This document shows, piece by piece, positions 28,301 to 38,589 of a stretch of DNA of 64,000 bases; position 1 is the first letter of the stretch; every line of letters begins with the position of its first letter. This stretch comes from a virus: the IMG/VR virus record IMGVR_UViG_3300033984_000205, positions 1 through 64,000 of that record. The stretch is one strand, 5' to 3'. A program made the translations under genes and the position numbers. Below the pieces are notes generated by a model, which was not told where the DNA came from, searched no databases, and saw only the letters and a program-made list of their open reading frames with translations.

Positions 28301-31300
28301 CCATTAAAAGTAGTGTAGTTTGCATATACTCCAATAGCAGTTTTACCAATAGAACCCAAGTCCATTTTCATTTTTTGGTAACTATTAGTAAGCATAGTAA
28401 AGTTCATTAGACTTTTTTGGTATATCTCACCTGCTTCTTTTAATGAAAGATTAGGATTGTTTTCTTTATGTTTAGCAATAGCAGCATTCTTAACTCCTTC
28501 AGCAGTCAATTCTTCTATCATATTAGCTTGTTCAGAAGCAAAATCTATAGAAAGAACTTTGTTAATTTTGTTTTGTACATTGACATCAGGATTATTAAAT
28601 ACAGCTAAGTGAGTTTTTATAAACTCATTCTCAGCAAGTTTTCTTTTTAGTTCTATTTCTACTTTACTTAATTTTTCTACAATACTAAGTTGAGGTAAAA
28701 GTAAAGTTTCTAAAGACTCTTCATCCATAAAAGAACCTGATCCTTGTATAAAACTTCTAAAAAGTTCTTGTGCAAAGTTACTCTTAGCAGAAGCTGTAAC
28801 ATTTTGTAAATTAGCCTTGTCAATTTTATCTCTTAACTCTTGTATTCTAGCTTCAGCATATTCTTTTGTAAGTACTTGAATTTTACCATCAACAGTAGTT
28901 ATATGATTTAATTGGTAAGCAGTTTCTTTATCAATATCATAATCTAAACCTTTTTGTTTAGTAAAGTTCTTAGGTACTATCATTAAGTCTCCTACTTCAG
29001 GAGGAAGAATACCAGCAATTTCAATACTTGAGCCAGAGACATGAGAAGAAGTTGGAGTTCTAAAACTAAAGTTATTAAATAAAGCAGGATCTATCATGCC
29101 TTCTTTTAATCCTAAAGTTCCATTTTCTCTCTTGATAATGTATTTACCCTCTTTGCCATTAAACCCTTCAAATAAATCAATAAGTTTTTTATCTGAACCT
29201 TTAAATTTAGAAGGTATAAAGACTTGTGCTTTTTTAAACATAGGAGTCCCATTTACATCTTCAGTGTGTACTCCTTGTAACTCTTTACCATTCCAATTAT
29301 TTAAGTAGATAACTCTTGATTTATCTACTCCTTCTAAGTTTTCTTTAAATTTAAACCCTGCTTCAGAACCAGCTACAAAACCATTGCCAGGCATTTTGTG
29401 CTTCATAATTCTGTTAGTAATGATAGCATTCAATAAAGATTCATATCTATTACTATCAGAAGATAACCATAAAGGAGTCTTAAATTCATAGTAAATTCCT
29501 GCTTTAGCTTGTAGTTGTTCTAACTTTAACCCTGCTAAAGATTTAACACTGTAACCTCTGCTAGTAGCTTCTTTAATTAATAAGTCTTGTAGCTTAACCA
29601 TAAATTGATTTTGGTCAATTACTTTTCCTTTTTCATTAAGTCCTAACTCAGAAAACAATTGAGCTTTTTTACTGTCAATAATGTCTTTAAAAGCTGTGTT
29701 ATAATGTTGATATAATTCTTTACCTGTTAATTTTTTACCATCAATTTCAAAATTGTCAGCATCTACTATACCATCTCCAAACAAAAGTTTAAAGAATTGA
29801 GTTCCCATAGAAACCTTATCATCTTGAGTCTTGTCAGATTTAAAAGGTACATCTTGTTGTATTCTAAAGTTATCTCTTTTAAGAACCATTACACTACTTC
29901 CTGTGTCAGTAGCATTATATTCTTTAATGTCATTCAAAGAGTTTACATCAAAAGGACTAATACCTTTTACAGTAGCCCCAACCTTATTGGCAGTCTGGAA
30001 AGATGCTCTGGTAAATCTACCAGTATTTTTTTCCAACTCTTCCATTTTATTTCTCAATCCTTCTAATCTTGTACCTGCAGTAAGTTGAGGTAGTAAAGGG
30101 AAAGCAGAAGACTTAATATAAACAATTCTGTTTACATCTTGTTCTTTATTGATATAACTACCTGTGTGTACAGGTTTAATAGGTTGAAAGACAACATTAA
30201 GTTCTTCTTTAGTTAAGTCTTCTCCTTTAGCTAATTTATCATTAATCACTTTTAACTCTTTATCAGAGAGTCTTCCCATTCTGTGAAGAATAGAAACATG
30301 TTCTGCAGCTGTAGAATACTCTTGAGCATCAGTAGATTCAATATCAAAATAAGCAGAAAGATCTGAAAATTCTTTAGACAAACTTTCTCTAAGTTCTTTC
30401 ATATCATTCTTAGCTTTAGCATAAAGTTCAGGAGTAATATCAACAATTCCTTGTTCATATCTATCTATTATTTTAGCAGCTACATCATGCTTTTCAAGTA
30501 AAGGAGTAGCTTTAGTTAAAGCTTCTTCTCCATAGTAGTTTTTAATTAAGTACTCAGCATTTTCAGTAATATCTATAGAGTCATTTAAGAATATCTGATT
30601 ATACTCTTCATTTCTAGAGTTAGCTATTTTATTACCAGGAGCAATAAGTAAAGCCAACCTTTTACCTAAGTTAGTACCAATTTGTTTATTGATAGAGATA
30701 TAAGACTCCTCATTAGAAAAATCCCAAGCATTGATCTTAGTTTTTTCTTGTTCATTAGTCTCTTTATTTAATCTTTGTTCTGTAAATAATTTGTCTTGAC
30801 TGTAGTTTGCTATATCTCCAGCAAACACTTTAAACATTTCAGCATTAAATAATAGATTGTTTAATACAAAATCATTTATAGCTAAATCATAATCAATAGA
30901 AGGGTCTCTTCCTGCTTCTGTAAAATAGTTTTTATCCAACATTTTAGAAGTAGTCTTACCATTTTTAGTTTCAGTATAAGGGGCCCAAGATTCTTTTTTA
31001 AACTCTACTTCTTGTTGTACTACATCTTCAATAGCATTTTGAAAAGTCTCTCTAAACTCTTCTACAGCTTCATCTATAGTATAATTTAAAGTAGGACTTG
31101 CTAATTTTTCTATAATTCTTACTCCATCTTCAGCTTTTAAAGTATTCATTATAGGAAGTAAGTGAAACAATTGAGCACCTTTGTCATAGTTTTTAATATT
31201 AGTTACTCCTACTTCTCTATGGAATTTTACAATTCTTTTAAGTTCAGGTAAAACTAATCTATCAAATAACATTTCTTTTAATTGTGTTTTAAATCCTGAG

Positions 31301-34300
31301 ATAGTACCATCTTCTTCTACTTTAAATAAAAGAGATTTATCAGCCATAAAATCAAAAACAGCAGTCTCCATAAAAAGACCTGTAGTTTTATCAGACATAG
31401 TAGGAGAAAGCATATGAGCCATTCTCATAGTTATACCATCTATTTTAGTACCTGCAGGTAGTTTATCTACTTTTCTATCTTGAAATCCTGTTAAAGCATT
31501 CATATCAAAATCTGTATCACTTAAATCAGTTAAACTTGCTTTAGTAGGGCTATCTCCTTTTTCTTTAATAGCAGTCAAAGCAACATGATGCACTTGAAAC
31601 ATGCTTTTAAATGCAGGCACATTTTTTAGTAAGTCAAGAATAACAGAATCTTCTGAAAAAGATAAAGACTGTAAGTCATCTATCAAAGTATTACTTTCAT
31701 CAACAGCAGACCTTTTTAAGTTCTGAACCATATCAGTTACATACTTTGTAGGTACAAGAGTAGAAATGTTTTTACCAGTATCTCTAAAAGATAAAGCAAT
31801 AAGATTAGGATTGTATTTAGTTTCAACAGCACTCAAAGCTTTTGTAACTCCTCCTAGATTAGAAAATACATTTGTATTCACATCAAATTTCATTCCTGTT
31901 GGATCATTTTTAGCTTTAGTTAAAAAGTCTACAATAGGTACAAATAATCCTCCTGCATTGACATTATACAAGTCTTTGAAAGGTACATCTCTTTGAGCAT
32001 TAAAAATTCCTTTTTCATATATCTGAGTCCAAGCAGCATCTTGAAAACTAAAGCCTAATTTACCTAGCCAATTTCTTAAATCTGTTTGAGGAACTGTAGT
32101 ATGATCTTTATCCCAAGATTTAAACTCTTCTATTAATTTATCTGCAAAAGCAACATCTACAGTTCCATCTTTTTTATAAAGACCTGAAACCATATTATCA
32201 TTTTTCCATTTGTTATTAATAATTCTAGAAGCTTCATTAGCATTAGTGTTGTACATTTTAAGTGTTACTCCATTAGGACCACTTTCATACATACCAAATT
32301 TAGAAGACAAAGTATGTCTAACAAAATTGTAAACAAATTCATTTTTAATTTGTTGATCAGCTTTGTCTAGTTTACTAAGTATATCTTTTACAAAAGCAGA
32401 CTCACTTTGTTTTAATTTTTCAATTAACTTATCATAGTCAGACTCTACTTCAGACCCCATACTAAGAACTTTACTTAGCTCATTGTAAACATCATTAAAA
32501 CTCATGTAAGATGGTAACCCTAAATATGTTGTTTGAGCAACACCTTTAGCATCATACCTATTTATTTTGTGTAAAAATCTTCTAAGTCTATATGAAGCCT
32601 TAGCTTTACCTGACTCTTCAATAGATTCTTTGTTATAATCTTTTACATTCTGAGTTTCTTCATCTATATTAGTACTTTCTGTTTCTTTTTCTTTTTCAAC
32701 TAACTGAGTTTGTTTTTGAATATCAGTAAAAGCTTTATCAAATAAAGGAGTAAAGTTTGCTTTAATATCTTTTATGTTTTCAAGTGTAGTTGAATAAGCT
32801 TCTTTCAATAAAGCAACTCTTTCATCTGTAGAGTTACTATTATTTAATTCAGTAAGCAAAGTTCTTAATTGAGTTTCAAGACCTACTAGTATAGGATCTA
32901 ACTCATTCTTAATATCTTCTTTTAACTTAACTTTAGAAACATTAGATTTATATTCTATACTTACTTTTTCTCCAATATTATGTACAATAAATTGTCTGAT
33001 AGCTTTTTCTTGAAGAATATTTAAGTTACCTAATGTCTTAAACAAGTTAGCTAACTTAGAAGTATTCTCAATCATATCATCTCTTAGTTCAAACTCATCT
33101 AAACTAATACCTAAATTATTTAATAACTCAACATGTTTATCAATGTCTAAAGGTTCAGCAACTAGTTCTTTAGCTAATTCTACATTTTCAGTTTGTTGAA
33201 TTTCAATTTGTTGAGGACCTGTTACTTCTACAACTGGAGTATAAGAGACAGTAAAAGTAGGTTGAGCTACAGTAGCATACACAGGTTTTTCTTCTGTACC
33301 TACATTAACAGATTTAAGATTACTTTTTAAAGTATCTTTTAAATAATCTTCATAATTTTTATTACTAGAAATTACTTTACCATTTACAATAGACACTATC
33401 TTGGCTTTTTTATTTCCAAGTAATGCTAAGTTAGTGTGTTGTTTAATATTAGGATAGTTTTCTTTATCAAATAAAACTTTCTTGTAAGATTCAAGTTTAT
33501 CCCCTTGAATTGAAGTTTGAAAAAAAGTTTTAATAAAAGATACTAATTCTAAGTGACTTCCAATATTAAATCCCATATTTTTATTAATATCTGATAAAAT
33601 CTTTTCAGCATTTTCTTTAGTCATTTCAAATTCAGTGCCTTTAATAAGATCTGTTCTTCCTTCTAAAGTCATATAGGCTGATAAAGCCCATCTTGCAGTT
33701 TCAATTTCATCATCAGGTACTGCTCTAAGCACAGGATAAGCTCTATACTGAGGTACTATTTCTCCTTTATCATTTTTAATAGTTCCTATTTGAGAAACCA
33801 TCCAAGTATGTCCATTAGTTCCATCTTTTCCAGCCATAAATAACTGTCTGTCAATTATTTTTCCTTGAAATTTGGCACTAAAAGTTGTATGTAAATCTGT
33901 CCCTCTTTGAACTACTAAGACTGCTTGAGGATTAGATTCTCTTACACTTATTGCAGGTTGAGTTTCAGGAATTTTAATAGGAGAACCTTCAGCACTCCTA
34001 GTTAATGTAACTTCTCTTAGACCATTATTAATATTATCTCTTAATGCTCTAGCATTGTCAACACCTTTCTGAATATGATTACTCCAAATAGGATCTTGTG
34101 CAGCTCTCTTAGGATTTTTAGAACTACCTGCTGGATTTTTAATAGTGTAAGCATTAAACTTATCTACTTCTTGTACATACCCTAATCTTTTACCTTTTGA
34201 GTCTGTATAAAACATAGGAACTTTATCTCTAAACTCTTGAGTCTCTTTAAAGTTGGGATTAGTTTTTTCTCTTTCAGCTAACCATTTGTCAAAAGTGGTC

Positions 34301-37300
34301 ATTATAACTTTACCTTCTGCATCTCTACCATTAGTAGCTGGGATTTGACTCCAAATAGAAGGGTCAGCAATTTCAATAGAAAGTTTAGTTCCTGTTGGAT
34401 TTAAGTTTGGATTAATTAAATCTCTTGGGTCTATTAAATCTCCTTCTTTATAAGCCAAATCAGTACCTTGAACAGTAACTTGAACACCTCCTTCAGTATT
34501 TACTGTAGTAGTACTCATAGCAGAGTAACCTATTCTAGGCGTAATATTAATGTTATTTGTTATTTCTTCTTCAGTTTGAGCAGTTTGAACTATAGCCATA
34601 TTTTCTTCATCATAACCAATAGTAGTTACATTGTTTTGTAAAACTTGCTCTTCAATTTTTTCAGACTGTTCTGAAAATTCAGTATAAGGACTTTTATCTT
34701 CTACAGGCACAACAGTTTCAAAAATGTTTTGCATGTTCTTCATATAATCAGTTACTGCAGTTTCATAGGGATTAAATAAATCATTAAATATAGCTTGAAA
34801 ATCTGTAGACTCATAACCATTTTCTTGCCATCCTCTAACCATGTGAGGAAATAAATTTCTTAAAGCTTTTTTATCTGGTGAATATTTATAAGTCTGCTCA
34901 GCAAATTCTTTAAAAGTTGGTCTTCTACCTAGTCTTTCAGAAATTGTATCTACAGAGTCCTTAGTAAAAGCTTTGATTGATGCTAATTGTTCAGGAGCAT
35001 AACTATTTTTAGTATCAATAGATGCATCAAATTCAGAGTCATCTACAATAATTCCAGTAGTATCTGACTTTTCATTTTCTAATAAAGGGGTTATTAACTT
35101 GTCGTATTTATCATAGATTTTATTAAGGCTAACATGACCCTCTTCTCCAAGTCCAGGATTGTTATCATATTCTTTTTGCTCTTCAGCTCTTAAATCAGCA
35201 ATTTGCTCTTTATTAGTTTTAGTTTCTTCTTTTGTAGAAGTATTAACTACAGGAGTAGGTAACTCTGCAGGTATAGGAAACACATCTAAAAGACTGTCTA
35301 CACTTACTCTCACAAAATTTTGATACTCTGCTTCAGCCACATCATCTATAATAGTTACAGTAGCATCACTAGGAACTACAATAGGACTTTCTTCTGTAAA
35401 ATCAGTTTCTCCTTGATAACCAGCTTGTTCTGCTCTTTTTAATAAAAGAGATTGTAGATTAGCTGCTTCAAGTTTTTCTTTATTTCTAAGTTGATTTAAT
35501 TCTAAAAGACCTTTTCTTTTATTAGCAACCTCTTCAAAAAAAGTATCTGCAACTCTGCCTTTGTATTGAGTTTTAATTCTTGCTATTGTTTCATCAACTA
35601 ATTCAGGAGTCTCTTCTAATTGATTATTATAATTATATGTAGCATTTTCAGGAGTGACTATATCATTTTGATAATCTCTTAAAGTCTGCTCATAAATTTT
35701 TTCAATTCCTTTTTTAGTTTCTAATCTTTCTTCATATTCAGGACTAGTTTCATCATTAATGTCTTTGTTTAATTGACTATTATCCATTTGGAAACCAGCT
35801 TTTTCCATAAGAAGTCCTCCAAATAAACTTACTCTTGTAAGATTTTCTTCATTTAGTCCTTGAATAAAATCATTATATTCTTGTTCTTTCTCAGGAGATT
35901 CAAACTCTTCTTTAGTTAAAAGAGTATCAATATCATAATCAATACTTAAACCTTTTCTTTGGATAAAAGCATCAATGTCTTCTTTAGCTCCTTCTTTTTG
36001 TTTTACTAACTCTTCATCAATAAGTTTTATAGTTTGATCATTAGCTAGTTTTCTTTCTGATAAATTAAAGATTGTAGCAAAATTATCTTTTTCAGAATGT
36101 TTATTATAGATTTCCATTAAACCATCAATTCTTGCTGTAGCTAAAGCAAGATTCTGTTTAGTAGAAACACTCATATCTGGATTACTTTGTATTGCTTCTA
36201 AGTTCTTTTTAAAGTTTTCTACAGTCCCTGTTCTAATAGCCATAGCTGCCAAGTTAGTAAACTTGTTTTGTTCAAGTCTATCTGCTTTAACATTGGAGTC
36301 TGCAGTGTTTTCTCTTCTTAAAGTCATAATCTTATGATCATAATCTAAAGGACTATATATAGTACCTCCAGTATTCATAAGAATATTATTAGCAACATCA
36401 TCATCAGTAACAGCAGCATCAAGAGCTTTATACATCTCTTTTAACCTAGCTTTATCATTCATGTAGTTTCTTCCTCTACCTACCATACCTATTCCTCCAA
36501 AAGCAACTCCTTGGATTAAAGTTTGTGCAACTACATCTCTATAAAAAGAGGTATCTTTTAAACTTTCTAATTGTTGAGCATAGTCTTGTTTATAAGTAGG
36601 TACAAATTGATTCCAAATTTCTTCTGCAACTTCTCCAGGAAGACTATGAATTAAACTTGCTCTACCTGTATGAGCAATAGCATTGCCTGATAACTTACCA
36701 AGAGATAAGTTATTTACAATATTTCTAGCATAGTTGTATCCTTTAATAGGTGCTGATACAGTTTTACCAAAACCACTTTGTTCAAATTTTTCAACTCCTG
36801 TTGTAATTCCTTTTGCAATTTTATTGCCAATACCTGTCTTAGCTAATTTTCTCATTAGCATATTATTGGTAATACCTGGCAAAGCACTTCCTACATATTT
36901 CTCAGAAAAGTTTTCTTTTGCATTTTCAGAAAAACCATACCATAAAGATTCTCCCCAAGTGTTAGGTTTGTAAAGAGTATCAAACTCTTCAGTAATATTT
37001 TCTAATCCTGCCTTAAGACCTTCTAGTTTTTGTTCTTCTTTATCAGTCCTTTTGTCTTTTTTCTCAAGCTCTGCAATATCATATTTTATAAGGTCTGCTT
37101 TTTTATTGAAGTCTTTTTTATAATAGTTATATCTTTGTTCTCCAACTATTAATTTTTGTTTACCATTTTCATCAGTAATAAATTCCATATTACCTGTCTT
37201 AGCTTTAGCAGCCATAGCATAAGTACCAGGAGCAAGTAAAGAAGATACACCAATATTAGCAGCTCCTCCAGCAGCTTTAGCCCCTAGATTAGATAATAAA

Positions 37301-38559
37301 AACTTACTTCCTCCTTCTCTCCATGCTTGTTTTAATGTAGTTTTAGCTGCATCTTTTATAAGAGCATTTGCAATAGTTTCTTCTGCAGCTCCTGCAATTC
37401 CTCCTGAAAGTAAAGTTGCTTCCATAAAAACAGCAGAAGTGGCTACTCCTTGTCCCCAACTGTAACCTAACTTGTTTTCAAATAGATTTTTAGCAGCTAA
37501 CTCTTGAGTGTGTCCTTCAGCTTCTAAAAGACTTTGTTCATTTTCTGAAAGTCTTTCTTTAGGTTTATAGTTAATATTTTTACTATTAAGAACTTTTTCT
37601 TTTTCAATTCTATCTGCTTTATCTTTTATCTTAGCAACAGTTAAAGCATCTCCCATACCATATAAACCTACTGTAAGAAGTTCTTTTTTCTGAGTACCAA
37701 ATCCATCCCAAAATCCTGCTTTACCTGATGTGTAATCATCAATTTGAGTAATTAAATCATTGTATTTTGCAGCAGCTCTTAAAGACATGTCCATATCTGC
37801 AGATTGCCCAGGAGCAGTATCAAAATCTGTTCTGAGTTGTCCTTTATGTTCTTGTTGCCACTTTAAATATTCAGGAGATTTAGTATGATTAAGAGTAGCT
37901 TGTTTGTGTCTTTCTTGAGCCTTTTTTGCTTCTTGTTCATATTGAACTCTAAGTTCTGTTAAAGCAGGTTGTAAATCTTTTCTTTGTTGAGCAGTAAGGT
38001 CATTATATTGTTGTTGTTCTTTTTTATTAAGTCCTATTCTAGTGTCACTAAAAGTATCATTAAAAAGATTAGAGATTTTACCAACTACAGCCATAATAGG
38101 AACTGCAAAATTCAAATTATATGTACCTTTTGGTCCACTTTTATCAATAAAAGAAGCATCAGATCTTGAGTATGCAGTGAAAGGGTTTTTTTCTTCTAGT
38201 GCTTTTATTTTTCCAGCATTGTCTAATACAGACAAAGCTTTTTCAACTCCATTCTTTTCAGCTACTTTAGTAAGAACTCTGTCTTTTTTTACAGCTTGTT
38301 CTTTAGCAAGTTGCTTCATTTCTTTCTTAGCTTCAGAAGTCTCATATTCAATTTTATCTCTTTCTCCTTTATCCACATAGGTAGAAAGTAGTTGAGCACT
38401 AATGCTATTATTAGAAGCACTTTGAGATCTTAACTCTTCAAAACTTAATCCTACTCCTGATTCAACCCCTGTACCAGCAGAAAGACTTTCAGGTTCTTGT
38501 TGAATTTCTTGTTTTGCTTTGGCAAAAGCTGATAAAATTTTTCTTGATGGAAATGTCAT
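25363..38559 (-). CDS. giant virion-packaged DNA-dependent RNA polymerase (crAss / phi14:2 gp66-like) with C-terminal zincin-like domain
   Basis: 4398 aa; catalytic GLDYDIDK (DxDxD at 28930-28944) preceded by FRTPTSSH; TDAQEY; HELIH (HExxH) at 26035-26049. Confidence 0.85.
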   Translation of the reverse strand: MTFPSRKILSAFAKAKQEIQQEPESLSAGTGVESGVGLSFEELRSQSASNNSISAQLLSTYVDKGERDKIEYETSEAKKEMKQLAKEQAVKKDRVLTKVAEKNGVEKALSVLDNAGKIKALEEKNPFTAYSRSDASFIDKSGPKGTYNLNFAVPIMAVVGKISNLFNDTFSDTRIGLNKKEQQQYNDLTAQQRKDLQPALTELRVQYEQEAKKAQERHKQATLNHTKSPEYLKWQQEHKGQLRTDFDTAPGQSADMDMSLRAAAKYNDLITQIDDYTSGKAGFWDGFGTQKKELLTVGLYGMGDALTVAKIKDKADRIEKEKVLNSKNINYKPKERLSENEQSLLEAEGHTQELAAKNLFENKLGYSWGQGVATSAVFMEATLLSGGIAGAAEETIANALIKDAAKTTLKQAWREGGSKFLLSNLGAKAAGGAANIGVSSLLAPGTYAMAAKAKTGNMEFITDENGKQKLIVGEQRYNYYKKDFNKKADLIKYDIAELEKKDKRTDKEEQKLEGLKAGLENITEEFDTLYKPNTWGESLWYGFSENAKENFSEKYVGSALPGITNNMLMRKLAKTGIGNKIAKGITTGVEKFEQSGFGKTVSAPIKGYNYARNIVNNLSLGKLSGNAIAHTGRASLIHSLPGEVAEEIWNQFVPTYKQDYAQQLESLKDTSFYRDVVAQTLIQGVAFGGIGMVGRGRNYMNDKARLKEMYKALDAAVTDDDVANNILMNTGGTIYSPLDYDHKIMTLRRENTADSNVKADRLEQNKFTNLAAMAIRTGTVENFKKNLEAIQSNPDMSVSTKQNLALATARIDGLMEIYNKHSEKDNFATIFNLSERKLANDQTIKLIDEELVKQKEGAKEDIDAFIQRKGLSIDYDIDTLLTKEEFESPEKEQEYNDFIQGLNEENLTRVSLFGGLLMEKAGFQMDNSQLNKDINDETSPEYEERLETKKGIEKIYEQTLRDYQNDIVTPENATYNYNNQLEETPELVDETIARIKTQYKGRVADTFFEEVANKRKGLLELNQLRNKEKLEAANLQSLLLKRAEQAGYQGETDFTEESPIVVPSDATVTIIDDVAEAEYQNFVRVSVDSLLDVFPIPAELPTPVVNTSTKEETKTNKEQIADLRAEEQKEYDNNPGLGEEGHVSLNKIYDKYDKLITPLLENEKSDTTGIIVDDSEFDASIDTKNSYAPEQLASIKAFTKDSVDTISERLGRRPTFKEFAEQTYKYSPDKKALRNLFPHMVRGWQENGYESTDFQAIFNDLFNPYETAVTDYMKNMQNIFETVVPVEDKSPYTEFSEQSEKIEEQVLQNNVTTIGYDEENMAIVQTAQTEEEITNNINITPRIGYSAMSTTTVNTEGGVQVTVQGTDLAYKEGDLIDPRDLINPNLNPTGTKLSIEIADPSIWSQIPATNGRDAEGKVIMTTFDKWLAEREKTNPNFKETQEFRDKVPMFYTDSKGKRLGYVQEVDKFNAYTIKNPAGSSKNPKRAAQDPIWSNHIQKGVDNARALRDNINNGLREVTLTRSAEGSPIKIPETQPAISVRESNPQAVLVVQRGTDLHTTFSAKFQGKIIDRQLFMAGKDGTNGHTWMVSQIGTIKNDKGEIVPQYRAYPVLRAVPDDEIETARWALSAYMTLEGRTDLIKGTEFEMTKENAEKILSDINKNMGFNIGSHLELVSFIKTFFQTSIQGDKLESYKKVLFDKENYPNIKQHTNLALLGNKKAKIVSIVNGKVISSNKNYEDYLKDTLKSNLKSVNVGTEEKPVYATVAQPTFTVSYTPVVEVTGPQQIEIQQTENVELAKELVAEPLDIDKHVELLNNLGISLDEFELRDDMIENTSKLANLFKTLGNLNILQEKAIRQFIVHNIGEKVSIEYKSNVSKVKLKEDIKNELDPILVGLETQLRTLLTELNNSNSTDERVALLKEAYSTTLENIKDIKANFTPLFDKAFTDIQKQTQLVEKEKETESTNIDEETQNVKDYNKESIEESGKAKASYRLRRFLHKINRYDAKGVAQTTYLGLPSYMSFNDVYNELSKVLSMGSEVESDYDKLIEKLKQSESAFVKDILSKLDKADQQIKNEFVYNFVRHTLSSKFGMYESGPNGVTLKMYNTNANEASRIINNKWKNDNMVSGLYKKDGTVDVAFADKLIEEFKSWDKDHTTVPQTDLRNWLGKLGFSFQDAAWTQIYEKGIFNAQRDVPFKDLYNVNAGGLFVPIVDFLTKAKNDPTGMKFDVNTNVFSNLGGVTKALSAVETKYNPNLIALSFRDTGKNISTLVPTKYVTDMVQNLKRSAVDESNTLIDDLQSLSFSEDSVILDLLKNVPAFKSMFQVHHVALTAIKEKGDSPTKASLTDLSDTDFDMNALTGFQDRKVDKLPAGTKIDGITMRMAHMLSPTMSDKTTGLFMETAVFDFMADKSLLFKVEEDGTISGFKTQLKEMLFDRLVLPELKRIVKFHREVGVTNIKNYDKGAQLFHLLPIMNTLKAEDGVRIIEKLASPTLNYTIDEAVEEFRETFQNAIEDVVQQEVEFKKESWAPYTETKNGKTTSKMLDKNYFTEAGRDPSIDYDLAINDFVLNNLLFNAEMFKVFAGDIANYSQDKLFTEQRLNKETNEQEKTKINAWDFSNEESYISINKQIGTNLGKRLALLIAPGNKIANSRNEEYNQIFLNDSIDITENAEYLIKNYYGEEALTKATPLLEKHDVAAKIIDRYEQGIVDITPELYAKAKNDMKELRESLSKEFSDLSAYFDIESTDAQEYSTAAEHVSILHRMGRLSDKELKVINDKLAKGEDLTKEELNVVFQPIKPVHTGSYINKEQDVNRIVYIKSSAFPLLPQLTAGTRLEGLRNKMEELEKNTGRFTRASFQTANKVGATVKGISPFDVNSLNDIKEYNATDTGSSVMVLKRDNFRIQQDVPFKSDKTQDDKVSMGTQFFKLLFGDGIVDADNFEIDGKKLTGKELYQHYNTAFKDIIDSKKAQLFSELGLNEKGKVIDQNQFMVKLQDLLIKEATSRGYSVKSLAGLKLEQLQAKAGIYYEFKTPLWLSSDSNRYESLLNAIITNRIMKHKMPGNGFVAGSEAGFKFKENLEGVDKSRVIYLNNWNGKELQGVHTEDVNGTPMFKKAQVFIPSKFKGSDKKLIDLFEGFNGKEGKYIIKRENGTLGLKEGMIDPALFNNFSFRTPTSSHVSGSSIEIAGILPPEVGDLMIVPKNFTKQKGLDYDIDKETAYQLNHITTVDGKIQVLTKEYAEARIQELRDKIDKANLQNVTASAKSNFAQELFRSFIQGSGSFMDEESLETLLLPQLSIVEKLSKVEIELKRKLAENEFIKTHLAVFNNPDVNVQNKINKVLSIDFASEQANMIEELTAEGVKNAAIAKHKENNPNLSLKEAGEIYQKSLMNFTMLTNSYQKMKMDLGSIGKTAIGVYANYTTFNGLLQQNVSGKSVFVMDENGDPKVTTIGDFISTGTLGIQKTLTPTTNSSSWAKRHQRSTAEVFAEKENTATDNEKEQILGRVGVNEDTINVDAYLSLLGFDRDELGNSISYMLLSQPVIKQFNSQKKASKGILGEFLKQEEVIAEIVNRLSEGTIAYKQVGEGNSLKYQFVDMATGQVAQPDGKVLNGKNLLEGVKYSGEDSNIQLNAFMTYIQIEKEARVLSTVQKTVNANTLGKSMIESQLKFEALKTLPDNGTIKGVENLIGEFTKSQGERQDGEWLGEYYVTPTTPQGQIVINGLRLGNTMYQDFFPYQEQSIVDTVKEILAIQGKEDVSDAVIIENFEEIIENIKKYIYSRQGNNVFEMDPRAKRFELFKDTDTNTSLSTYMKDLVGAKNPEFAKGIRVLSQNPLVRSFTYESSLGESDFSVIKYNNAATDNLDEEELYNSIPELILMDTPLPPKNGKPYSTKLLAEDLVSYSFLQGGVQKATEFVKYVPVEYLETVGAYETQKEFVNGEVVEKQVFVQANKKLQGFNSKKNTNINIFGVALGVNSQGPSIFTKQYFQHNPSKAPKVSYKERNKEVNGLFKYTNKAGKSPSFVSIKNKKGDAQAYSLYENVGNGMYQKIDTLGNKGVNEYEYRNSNVAAMNSTTINNTPKTIDTQAKSSNGVPFGIVEGVTTIKELTQSIADAVLTPKYAHLSEAAKWLLPIVKNGNEKVNIDRNLAAAGQAFKGNISINPEHTTEVSTDKTALVFIHELIHTVSSKEVMTYYQTDKTTLRTDIPIPTHVQKLDKVFRKFVELHKDEIKDLQVKRNSKEESLGGGYTEREKELIYAGVNIREFMTVSMTSPTFQQEMSKISTAGESNLWEDLKALFMDLVETIYPDLKDNTLAKDAIMASMNFINEESKARRVVTEDLIPPDVQLILAQEEANKLQYGNPVNTELGNPANDPRDQNSEDISISTIEKNDTFVKEDKSACEGGLAI

Positions 38560-38589
38560 TTTTAATTAGTGTTAAAATTTATAAATCTA

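Noticed and set aside
1-38559. Inteins or self-splicing introns in polymerase, helicase or RNAP genes
   Set aside because: No C-x...HN-[CST] splice motifs, LAGLIDADG/HNH inserts or frame breaks were noticed by eye.
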